NCBI GenBank assembly: GCA_043228905.1
Contig: JBHGNT010000001.1
Span: 20,088,001 to 20,152,000 of the forward strand
Reading direction: 5' to 3'
DNA from: Azolla caroliniana
Taxonomy: Eukaryota; Plantae; Polypodiophyta
DNA: 64,000 bases
Shown here one piece after another: positions 33,140-44,345 of this stretch; position 1 is the stretch's first letter, and each line of letters starts with the position of its first letter. The notes below the pieces were generated by a model. It searched no databases. It saw nothing but the letters and a program-made list of their open reading frames with translations, and was not told the origin of the DNA. Position numbers and translations under genes: made by a program.

Positions 33140-36024
33140 GCCCGTAGGAGCATCGTGGTGCGGCTCCTCTGCTTGGTCGGCCTGGTTTCTCCAGGAGTCG
33201 CCTTCGCCGTGTGCGGGTGGCCCGGGTACGGTGGGCTCTTCTTGAGTTCGTGGACTGGGCTCCGCCGGTAGCGTGCTTGCCGTCGGCTGCTGCTCCGCCT
33301 CTATCGTTATGTCCTCCGCGGTGTTGGCCGTTTTTGTGTGTCCCTAGGCGTGGGGCGGGGATTCCGCCTGGTCCGCACTATTTTCCGCGTTTTCTGAAGA
33401 TGGCGTGGGTTGGACCTTTTGTTGGTTAATCGTTTCGCTGTCTGGTCTTGTGGGGAACTCCGCTCGTTCGTCTCCGCTATTCTCCTCTGTTGTCCTCGCT
33501 GGTGATCGGTCCTGAGGTTCCTCTTCTTCGGCTGGGCCCGGAATTGGTGTCTCACTGGGTTCCTCGTTTGTATGCGTGTTGCCGGTTTGTGTGATCTGGT
33601 GAAATAGCTCCTCTTGACTTTCACCAAAATCATCTAGGAGTTGTGCGAGTTCTTCGGAGTGTTGGTCTGCTAACGCGTGATAGTCTTGCGCTAGGTCCTC
33701 CTGTACGGTCGCAATGCTCTCCTTGTTTAGCTTATAAAACCCTTGGTCGTCTTTCCGCCGGTTCTCCCAGTCCGCACGATACGCATGCAATTCCGCTGCT
33801 TGGGTTGCCCACGCCATCCATCCTTTGTCCAGCGCCGTTTTTAATTGCGATGTGAACCTTTCCCGGTTGGTTTGGAGAAGGATGCGCACGTTATCTGTGA
33901 TGGCCTGGCAGCGGTTGAGTGCGTCTTCCATCGACTTCTAGAGATTTGTGATTTCCTGCTGTTTAACGGCTACCGCTTCCACATACGTGGCCTTCAGGCC
34001 CGCCCACAACTAGGATTCCTTTTCATGTTGTTTTTCTAATTTCCCCATTTCATTGTTCAGGCGGATTTCGAGTTGATGCCGTCTGTCTTGTTCGACTACC
34101 AACTGTTCATCGAACCATACCTTCTTTTTCTCTAATAAGGCCCGAAGCCCCGCTATTGCCGCCTCTGATTTCTTCGCGTCCTCTCGTAATTGGGCGTTGT
34201 CGTCTTTTGTCTGAATGTGTTGTGCCACCTCCGTAGCTAGTTTCTCTTCAAGCGTTTTTACGGCTTTTCGTCCGTTAGCCCGTATCTCCTTTTCTCTGTC
34301 GGAGGATTGGCGTAGCTCTGCTCGAAGGGGGTCAATTTCGGATTCCGCTAGCTGCACAACCCTTTTTGCTTTTGAGGCGATGGCGGTCTGAGCCTCGATT
34401 TCTTCTTTGAGAGCGTCGATAACGTGGTTCGGTGGCGGGGTTTCGTGTTGCGCCGTAGTCGTATGAGCTTCTAACTTGGCGATGCGTGCGTTGGCCTTTT
34501 GTAGTTCGGCTTCGGTCATTTTAACCTTCTTCCAGACATTCTTATTTTTTATGGCCATCTCCTTGGCGCCCATGCTGACTTTTGCTAGTTCCCGATGGAC
34601 TTCGACTAGGGTCGTGTTTAAGGGTGGTATTTCCATCCCTACTCGCCGTACCCCAACGTTCCTCTATCTGCTGACCCTGGCCAGCCGGTCCTCATCGTTG
34701 CTCTCCGTTGTTTGTGTTAGGGCGCGCTCTATCATTTGTCGTTCTGCATGCTCCTCGGCCATACGTTGAGCGGTTTTGACCTGTTGTGCTACCAGGAACT
34801 CCATGAGCTCGATAGAGGTCCCAAACTGCAAGAGGGCGCTGAATTCGTGGGCCGTATCCGGAATATCCGGATATGCCAAAACCTCGCTTTCCGCCGTCAA
34901 TACGACTTTCCCTCGCTGGGACTGAGTTGTAATAATCGGCCGCGGCTCCCGGATGATTTCGAAGGTGGTATTTGGCTCTGCTGTAGCGGGGCCTTCACCT
35001 GCGGTTGGTGCCTCCGGATCTATGGGGGCGTTTTTTACCAACCCCCGCCCATCCTTTCTGTCCAATCTGCGCCGTTTGGGTCTAGGGTTTTCCCCACGTG
35101 CTTCGGTGGCTGGTTCTGGGGTTGCCTCCATGGGGTGTCTCGGTTGCTCCTCTTGTGTCGCCCGTATATCTGGTTGGTCGGTAGGAGGTGTTGTCCTTGG
35201 GTCTGGTTGGGCCGGTTGGGGTTCCTCCTCCCATGATGGGGCCGCTAACTACGGTAACCTGCGTTTCACGGAGCGGGGCGGGGCGGGGCCGTGGGTTGGC
35301 TGCTGGGTTGTGGTGTTGGTAGACCTTGGGGTGGAAACAGTACCGTAAGGTATTGTTGGATGATTGGCCGAAGCTTTTTGCCTGCTTGGTATGCATGCAA
35401 GCCTTCCCGTAACGCCGGCCCTGTGATGACCCCCCAGTCGACTGTACGCCCCTCAAAGGTGTCGATAATGATGCCTGCCTTCTGTTTAGGCATCCCGTAA
35501 GAATTGACATGGACGCAGCCTACTTCCAGTAGGAACTTGGCCACTTCATGGAAGAAGGGATCCGGAATCTTTTTTGTTCTATAGGCTTTGGTGGAGGATG
35601 AGTATGGGCCAAAATATCGTTGCAGCGCCTCTGTAGGAGGTATTTCGAAATGTCTTTCGCCTAGTGAAGATAGGTCTAACTTCTTCTGAATGGAAGAGTT
35701 TGTGACCGTGTCGATGTTAAGCCGCCTGGCGATGTCCATGGCGTCCGGGTGCGGAGGTGCTTCTGCGACCCGAATATAACCATCCAAGCGTTTCTCCACG
35801 AGCCATCGGCGTAGGGCAGTAGAGATGAAGATCGGCATCACCAGGGTAGGTTCGTGGGGAGGCGACGGGTAGCAGTGGTGAGTTAGAGCTTTGAGATGTG
35901 ATGGGGAAGAAGGTGAGGAGGAGCGATGGGAGCGCTGATAGCTAGACTCTGTGTTTCTGCTTTGTCCAGAAAACCTTCTATTTCCTTCTTTTTGTGGCTT
36001 AGGGTTCCTTGGGCGGTGAGCCAT
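33140..36024 (-). pseudogene. Extra sense ORF downstream of pol in E (about 950 codons, fragmented): conserved N-domain, linker, coiled coil, C-domain
   Basis: ORFs 35266-36024, 34664-35131, 34010-34636 and 33344-33931, homologous to D ORFs 43630-44118 and 42982-43629. Confidence 0.8.
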
Positions 36025-36177
36025 CGTGGTGCCGCGTGTTCTTGAACTAGGAGTTTGTGCATGCCTTTAGTCGTTTTAATAGTCACTATCTTCTCTTCTT
36101 CTTCTTCTTTTTTTTTTTTTTTGTAACGGTTAGTTACCCCCTATTTTTACATTATAGTACAATTGGGCCTGTCCTAT

Positions 36178-39100
36178 TTACGCTGCGGGTTCTCCGGCTT
36201 TGTCCCGTTCGGCGGTGAATGGGTTAGGTGGTGTAGGGCCCAGGTAAGGTTTGAGCCAAAACCCATTCACTTTTTGCCGTACTATTTCTCTAGCCAGTGT
36301 TCCTAGTTGGAACGTGCCCTGTTCCGCTCCAATTATCCAGTATGGGCCGGTCCAGCAGAAACGTAGCTTACCCGGCATTTGGCCCATGCGTGTTTGAAAA
36401 ACTAGCACCGCTCGGCCCACGGCGAACTCCTTTTCCCTTGCGCTCCGATGCCGATCGACAAATGCTTTACGCCGTCGTTGTTCTTCTTCCAACACAGCCA
36501 TGCTGTGGACGCGTTTCTCCCCTAGTTCAAGTAGTTGGTAGAGCCGTTCCTCCTCTGACTTGGCTTCTGATAATCGGTTCCGTACCTGAATGCGCAAACT
36601 AGGTACTCGGAATTCGACCGGCATTACCGCTTGTAGTCCAAACGCTAGCCGGAACGGTGTTGACCGTATGCTTGTTTTGTAACTCGTTCTGTACGCCCAT
36701 AACGCGCTCTGGAGTTTGGTATCCCAGTCCGTTCTGTTTTCATTGACGGTTTTCTTTAAAATGGTTTGTAAAGTTTTGTTCGTGGATTCCGCTAATCCAT
36801 TCGCCTGCGGGTAGTACAACGTGCTTTTCTTGTGGATGACTGCGTAATGTTGTGTTAGTTCCCGAACCACCATATTGAGGAAGTGGCTCCCCTGGTCACT
36901 GACGAGCTCAATCGGGCAGCCGAACCGGCACCAGATGTGCTCGTACAGGAATTTGGCTATCACGGCTCCCGTATTTTCCCGTAGTGCCTTTGCTTCTACC
37001 CATTTGGTACAGTAATCCGTGGCTACCAATATGTATTTGTTACCCGTACGGGCTGCTGCTGGTGTGAAGGGCCCCACAAAATCCAATCCCCACTTTTGGA
37101 AGGGGTCCAGTGGTAGCACGGGCTGGTGTGGCATCCTTGCGTCCTCCGTAGGCTGACCCATCCGCTGGCACAAATCACACTTTCTACAATACTCGGATGC
37201 GTCCTTCTGTGTTGTTGGCCACCATAAGCCTGCCTGCCATACTTTGCGGGTTGTCATGTTGCCTGCGTAATGGCCGTCGGCCGTGCCGTAGTGCACTACT
37301 TCTTTTTCATCCTGACGGACTCGTCACTTCCTTTGTGATATAAATACCCTTCGACCAGGCAGAAGTGACGGCTTCGGACGGCTAGTAGTTTCTTCTCGTC
37401 TATGTGTAATTGTGGTGGAGGTAGTCCTGTAGTCAAAAAGTATGTCATTTCCATAAGCCATCGATCCGGAAAGGTGGATTCTGTTTTTTCTGCAATCGTC
37501 GCTACTCGCCAGATGTCGGCGTCCGGAAAATCGTCGTCGTCTTTCTGTACTGTTTCTCCACTCTCAAGTCTGCTCAAAAAATCCGCCACTGCGTGTTGCG
37601 TCCCTGGCCGGTGCTGAATTACGAACTCGAATTCCTGGAGCAGCAACATCCACCGCGCCAATTTCCCTTTCAGGGCTTGTTTCTCTACCAAATACAATAA
37701 TGCCGAATGATCCACATGGAACGTGAATTTCCGTCCTAGTAAATAATGTCGGAATTTATTGATGCTATAGATCATCCCTAGCGCATCCCGCTCTGTTGTG
37801 GAATAGTTACGCTCTGCTGCTGATAATTTACGACTTGCGTAGTATACTGGCCTGTACTAGTTTGGTTTGGTGAGTTTCATTAGCGTGCTTCCTATTGCTG
37901 TGTCCGAGGCGTCGACGAACACGTGAAATGGTTTCGCCCAAACTGGAGGTTGTACTACGGGGGCCTGTGTAAGCATTATCTTCAGTGCCTCATATGCCTT
38001 ATCCTCTGTTGCAGTCCATTGAAAAGGAGTCCGATGTACGGCAGCGTGTAGTGGCGTGGCGAAGTCCACCAAATACCGTATCATCCGACTATGCCACCGT
38101 ATTTGGCCCAAAAACCGGCTAAGTGCTTTGGCATTTGTCGGAGTTTTAGCTTGCGTAATAGCGGAGATCTTGTTTGGGTCGACCGCTATTCCTTCCTTGC
38201 TAACTATGTGGCCTAGGAGAGCCCCGCAGGTCACACCGAATGCACATTTCGTGGGATTCAGGCTTAAGCGTGCAGTGCGGCAACGTTCCAGGCAGAGACG
38301 TAAGTGCGAGAAATGGTCTTTTGTTCGCCCATATACCGCAAAATCGTCTAAAAAGACTTGCATGAATGCCGGAATGTATTCCCCAAAGATCTCCGTAATC
38401 GTTCGTTGGAATGTTGCCGGTGCTGTCTTTAGGCTGAACATCATGACGACCGCCACATATACTCCCCAGTCCGTGACAAATGCCGTCTTCTCTTGGTCGT
38501 CGGGATGCATGCGCACTTGGTTATAGCCACTGAAGCCATCTAAGAAACTGTACATCTCATGGCCTACGACGGCGTCCAACATGCTATCAGTGAAGGGTAA
38601 TGGAAATGCGTCTGTATTGGTTATGGCATTTAATTTTCGGTAATCTACGCATACCCGTATTTTGCCGTTTTTCTTTGGGACAACCACTATTGGGCTAAGC
38701 AATGTCGCTTGTTTTACTGGTCGTATGAACCCAGCCCTCAGCAGTTTGTCAATTTCTTCTTTCACGCGGGTCGCGTAATTGGGGTTCATGCGGTAGCAAC
38801 GCTGCTGTACAGGTTTCACGTCTGTTGCTAAATTGATCTTATGCTGATAGAACTTGAGATCTAACCCCTTCATGTCCTCATGAGCCCACGCGAACACAAC
38901 TTTTTATTCTGTGAGTAGTGCGATCATTGTGGTTCTCTGGTCCGGCCTCAATTCCTTTGCTATGGATAGGAACCGGGGTTCCGATCCCGTACCCACATTC
39001 ACTTCGTCGAGAGCGGAAGCGGTGACCCGTCGTGAAATCTCTATTTCCCTTTCGAAGGCCGCCCGTGCTTTGCTGAGTTCCAATATGGACTCTGGCTTTG

Positions 39101-41548
39101 CTTCGTACGACTCTTCGCTTGGAACAATGGCCATAGTATATTCTGCCGCAGTTGCGATGACATCTATCTCGAACAGCGGAATAATCCGAGGATGTTCGTC
39201 AAGGTACGCTTCCAATTCGGCATCCTCCACCCTAGCCAGCATATTGATGTCTTCTGCATATAACGGTGTTATCCCCTTAGGTTGGGGCGTGTTGCCTTCC
39301 GTAGGCACACGAACCTTGATGCGTCCCTGCCGGAAACTGATACACTCGTGTTGCCAGCTCTGCTTGATATTTGTTGTCCTAAGCCATGGTCTACCCAGAA
39401 GCACTGGGTACGCTCCAGGCACGTCCAAGCGAGGACGACCGCCGATATGTCGAAGCGGTGTCCGCCCACAATGATGCCTATTTTGCGAATTAGCCTCAAC
39501 GGCCGCACTGATCGGGTATCTGCCATGCGAAGCCAAAATGGACACGCCTCCCATTCGGAAATGCCCAGTTGTTCGCAAGTTTTCGCGCTAATCACATTGA
39601 CGCCTGAGCCGCCGTCGATTACACATCCAGGGACTTCCTGTCCGTGCAATATTACTGTAATGGCCGGGTTGTGCTGATCTACCACTGGTGGTCCCTCGCT
39701 GACGTCAGTCAGGTTTGTGGCAACGCTTGCCCTGGTCATGCCCGCCACCTGTGCTTCCATGGTCTGGCGGAAACGTGGAACTAGCTGTAGCAGTTTTTCC
39801 ATAGTTAGCGTGATTTCACAGCCCGTTAACACCTGCTAAATGGGGTCCGGCCCCGTTTTTTCGTTCTCTGTTTGCTTCATTGCATTCGCGGACTCCTGCC
39901 TCATACGTTCCGTATTGGCTGCGTTTGCTTTTTCCACCCAGGCTTGGGCTTGTCGGCGTACCTCGTCCTGTGCAGCCCAATCCGCCGTTTTCGTTTGCTG
40001 GCGTGTGGTGACTTATTGCACCTCCGTCGTAATTGTGTTGACGGCGGGCCCCTTTCCCTTGCGTGCTGGGCATTGTGTGGCATAATGTCTGGGTTGCTGA
40101 CAAATAAAACAGTGGATGCTTGATTCTCCCTTCTCAGCCCCAGGTGGAGTGTGCCGTTCTCCGGGCGCTACTTGCTCTTCGCGGTCCGGCCTCGTTTGTC
40201 GGGACGTACGCGGTGGCTGCTGTTGATCCTGTCGTTGTTCCTGGTGCCGCTCATCCCCCGAGCTTTCGTTGTAACGCCGGTGATCCCTATATTGTCGAGG
40301 CTTACCTCGATAGCCATTGAAGCCGCCCCGTTTGTTCATTGGCCGTTGATGTTCGTATCGCTGGCCTCCTTTGGCGTAACTCGGATGTCCACGATAATCC
40401 TCGTCCTCCGGGTCTTCCTCCTCGGACTCGTTGTGATTCCGGCGATTCCGGTTGTACCTGTCCTCCCGCGGGTTGCGATCCCTATACCGGGGTCGGTCTT
40501 CTTGCCTCTTTTGTTCCACCCGATGTGGTTGCCACTATGTGTCCATGCTGCGGACTGCGGGCGTGGCTCTATTTAACATATTGTACTCGCATTGGTCCAT
40601 TGTGTGAACCTTCGAGTGGCAGATTGGGAAGTGGATTCGCATATTACACTCCACCGCGGAATGCCCCGAGTTCAAGCAAATCGTACACTAGATTGCCTGA
40701 TGAAATTGGCGTTCCTCATCCTGAGGTAACACTTGTCGTAAGGATGACATCGAAAACCTCTCCTCCTCGTCATCCAACTCGAGCTGTAACGCTCGTTGAA
40801 TCACCATATCCGCTTTTCCCCTTTCACACTATTGCTATTGAGCGTTGCCCTGATGGGCCTGCGTAATGCTGCTAGAAATGTTTCCCGTGCCTCCTCCTCG
40901 GCAGGGCTTCGATCCAATTTTCGTCGTAAATTTTGGAACCGTAAGCTGAAGTCTGCTATTGTCTTTGTCGGTAGTTGCTTAATTGTATAAAACTGCCCAA
41001 GAATCTCGCGTTGTGGAACCCTTCGGCGAAAAAAACGCAAGAAGGCGGACTAGAGCTGATCGAAGGTTGTTATGGCCGGTAAATCCATCTGTGAATGCCA
41101 GAACGCCGCACGCCCATCTAATGTTAACCGAACTCCATCATATTCGACTGGTGTGCCACCGTCTTGGAAAGGTTCTATGGTTCGCATTCCAAACGTTCAA
41201 GAACATGTGAACATGAGTTGCGGCATCGGTTTCGCCGTTAAAGCGGGGGTAGGCAAAGGCCATCATGGGAGCTACGGCGGATCGGACAAGGTCACCGGGA
41301 GGCTGCGGTAAGTGTGGTCCCCTCGCCTCGTCGAGGTATTTGGGGAGCAAGGATTCCTCTTTGCGCTCCTGGCAGGTATTACTGGGGTCTCCGATGCGTG
41401 GCTTTTGCCGAGCGCGCTCTTCTGCCTGGTGTGTGACGGACCTTGTTACTGGCCGGTCTTGTCTTGTTGGTTCTATGAGTCGTCTGCGGCTAAACATCCA
41501 TTCGTTGTTGCTCGTCTGTGAGGAAACACAGATCATTGGGCGTGCCAA
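36178..41548 (-). pseudogene. gag-pol of E (several stops and frameshifts)
   Basis: CFICQQPRHYATQC, VIDGGSGVNVI, FLDDFAVYG, FVDASD, DHSAL, HY...CDLC, YPQANGLAES and TGPY. No chromodomain. Confidence 0.93.
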
Positions 41549-42994
41549 AAGTGTTGCCTCTTAGGAAACACGGGTCGTGGTTAGTCCTTCGACCTAGACC
41601 TCGAGGTGGGTGTGGAACAACGAACCGAGCTTAATCGTACTACGTAAGGAGAGAACCTCTGTGACTCCGCTGTGTGTAAGGGGAGACGGCTACAACCAAC
41701 TCCCTCTCACAGGTTGCGCTTATGTAGTACGACGATTACGTATCCGAGACACTGACACTGAATTAGCCGTAGTTATACACAGAAACTCAGAGAAGACAGT
41801 ATTCTATTATCAGGCGTTCTTTTTACAATTCCCAGAATTTACACACACCTCCTTACGAGGTTTTCTTCCCTTTATATATGCATGGTCTAATTAGACGTTC
41901 ACGCGTACCCGCGTGCACCGTTGCATATGTTACCCTTTATATAGTTTCTTATTCCTACGCTTTTGGCTATCGGTTACTATTCCGGCGAACAACAACTCGG
42001 TATCCGGCAAGATGAATACCGGCTAAATTGCGACAGTCAAAGTGCCATCCACCCTGCTAAGAATGCGGCCTACCATTCTCGGATGAAGCATATCCAGCGA
42101 AGGTATCACTGAATCCGGGAAAGAGTAGATGACCAGGAGTTTGTGTTGACGAAGATCCACACGGCTGAGAACGGGTCAGATATGTTGACCAAAGTGTTGA
42201 TATCCGACAAGCTAGATGCATGCCGGAAGCGGATCAGACTAGTAAGACACCCCATGCCGGAGTGAAGGGGGAGTTTGTTGGGAGACAGGTCCCTCCGGAT
42301 GGGAAGGGAGAAGAGCAGTGTTGATGAGCAAACTCGGCCGAGGCCGACAGGCCTCGGTCAAAACCGGATGAGGAGTACCCGGCTTCGGAGAGCCGGATGG
42401 TGCAGACCCGGTGAGAACCGGATGAGGAGTACCCGGCTACGGAGAGCCGGATGGTGCAGACCCGGTGAGAACCAGATGAGGAGTACCCGGCTACGGAGAG
42501 CCGGATGGTGTAGACCCGGTGAGGAGTGCTCACCGGATGGAGAGACATATTCGTAAATATGTTTCTGAGAGTCCATCGAGGCTATATTTGTAAATAGCCG
42601 AAAAGTCATATTAGTATAAATATGACTTAGGGCAAACTCATTGAGTGTGATGTAGGTGTTGTTGTTATTCTTGTCTGTGTGAGATGAGAGTGCGTAACTA
42701 TGTATAGAGAGAGAGAGAGGAAGAGGTCGTTGCCTCTGTTGTAATCGCCGCCTGTGGCGAAGATAGAAAGCTCGAGGTTGTTGCCTCAGTGCTTTACTGT
42801 TGTACACTGTAACATAGTGATAGTTTGCAACCTTTGGGCTGTCGTGGTTTTTCCATAGTTTGGGTTTTCCACGTAAACATCCTGTGCACTCTTCTTGTCA
42901 CTGTGTCGTGCATTCATTCCTTTTTTTTTTGTGTATTATTCTAAGCTCGGTTGTGGCCGAGCGTTGCACATAAGGAGCGTTTTAGTTCCCGTCA

Positions 42995-44118
42995 ATGGCC
43001 GGTTCTGGCCGAACCGGTTCCGGTTCCATCCTTGGTGCGGACTGCTCAGGGCGGGGTACAAGAGTTCCATCCTTCTTTAGGTCTGAACGCTCCCCGGCAT
43101 GTTCGGAGGTGCTTGCGTTCTGGCGCCGCTGGAGGTGCTCTAACGTTTCCTCCTCCTGAGTCGCGATGTTGATTTTCGCTGCCAAGGGGTCCGTCGCTTG
43201 TTGAACCGGTCGGCTAAGCCTGATCTTGATTGGCCGCACCGATGGCTCCTCCTGCGTTTCCGCTTGCCGCTTCCTCTTGGCGCGCTCCTTTGCCGCCTGG
43301 TTCGCGTCGGTCGCCTTCCCTTTGGTTGCCTTAGACGCCAACAATTGTTGTCGTTTAGAGGCCGTTTTCGGGGTGCCTTTGGTTGCTCTTCCCCGCGTCG
43401 TGCTCTTCACGGGCTCGATAGGTATCACCAATAGAGTGAGCCACTGCGCCACCACCCATATCTTCCGTACCTCTTTGCCTCTGACAGAGTCGATGGCCGC
43501 ACAGAGGCCATCCGCAATTAGTACCGCCCAGTCCACCTTCACGCCTTCATATGTGGCTATGATTAAGTTGGCCCGGTTTTGGGGCATGCAGGGGGGTCGA
43601 GGGTATACATGTTTGAATTCATGGAGCACCTAGGCAATCTCTCGAAAGAGAGGATCTTCGCCGCCCTGTGTCCGGTAGGCCTTGCTTACCAGATAGTATT
43701 CCCCAAAGTATTTTCGGAGCTGTTCCGGGGTAGGGTTATCGATAGTGAAGATTCCCCCTTCCGGAAGGCGAATTAACGCATGGATGGCCTCCTCAGTAAT
43801 AAGCTCCGTGTCGATTTCTTTGACTATCTTCTCTGCCTCCCGGTGCGGTGGCGCCTCCATGATGGTGAGGAGACCCTCTAACCCGTGTTGCCTTAGCCAC
43901 TTCTTGGCTACTTCAGAGAGTGCTTGGCAGTCCATGGCTTCATCGAGGTCAGTGAGCGCTGGTGAGGGTTGTGTGTGAGGAGTCTCTGTGTGCGTGGGTT
44001 CACGTCTGCTGATCTTCAATCGCCTGTCTGCGTTTGTGCTCCTCTGTTCGCGAAATGTGAGGGTTTCTATGTGGCGGGGGTCTTCTTGTTGCATGTTGGT
44101 GCCTGTTTTTTTTTTCAT
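42995..44118 (-). pseudogene. N-terminal half of the extra ORF of D
   Basis: WLRQHGLEG...EAPPH...LRKYFGEY...KAYRT...DPLFREIA...TYEGVKVDW, matching the E extra ORF. Confidence 0.8.
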
Positions 44119-44345
44119 TACCCGCGCATGTGCACGTCGTGTACTAAAATAGAATGACGTGCCATGTGGCGACGGTTTAATACCCTATTAATAGCCCATT
44201 ACATACCTTTTCAAAGTGCTTGTTCAATCCTTCTTTTTGCATATGTCCGTTCACTCCTCGCCCTTGCATGATTTACTTTGGTTTGCTTTGATTCGATTTC
44301 TTTGTTTTTCTTTTTTTCTTGTTTTTAAGATAATAAATGGTTTTG

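Larger units (their letters stand above)
32581..41994 (-). mobile_element. Full-length Ty3/gypsy non-chromovirus (Phygy-like) element E (9.4 kb), a close relative of B
   Basis: 443-bp LTRs at 32581-33023 and 41552-41994. TSD is GCTCG/ACTCG. PBS TGGCACGCCCAATG lies at 41547-41534. Order is gag-PR-RT-RH-IN followed by an extra ORF. Confidence 0.96.
30471..42994 (+). mobile_element. Tnt1/Tork-like copia T3, internally deleted (gag to integrase missing), split by E
   Basis: Truncated left LTR 30471-31102 and RT ORF 31099-32559 (YVDDML). RNase H resumes at 42000. PPT GAAGGGGGAG precedes the 3' LTR at 42276-42994. No TSD found. Confidence 0.88.

Noticed and set aside
34010-34636. Host myosin/SMC-like gene or env gene
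   Set aside because: It is a generic coiled coil inside the element's extra ORF, with no motor or ATPase motifs, signal peptide or TM helix visible.
32581-41994. Element E is really plus-strand with an inverted gag-pol, which would explain the left PBS
   Set aside because: The TATA motif, all ORFs and a PBS at the right LTR are on the minus strand, no PPT exists in the plus orientation either, and the same layout recurs in B and D.
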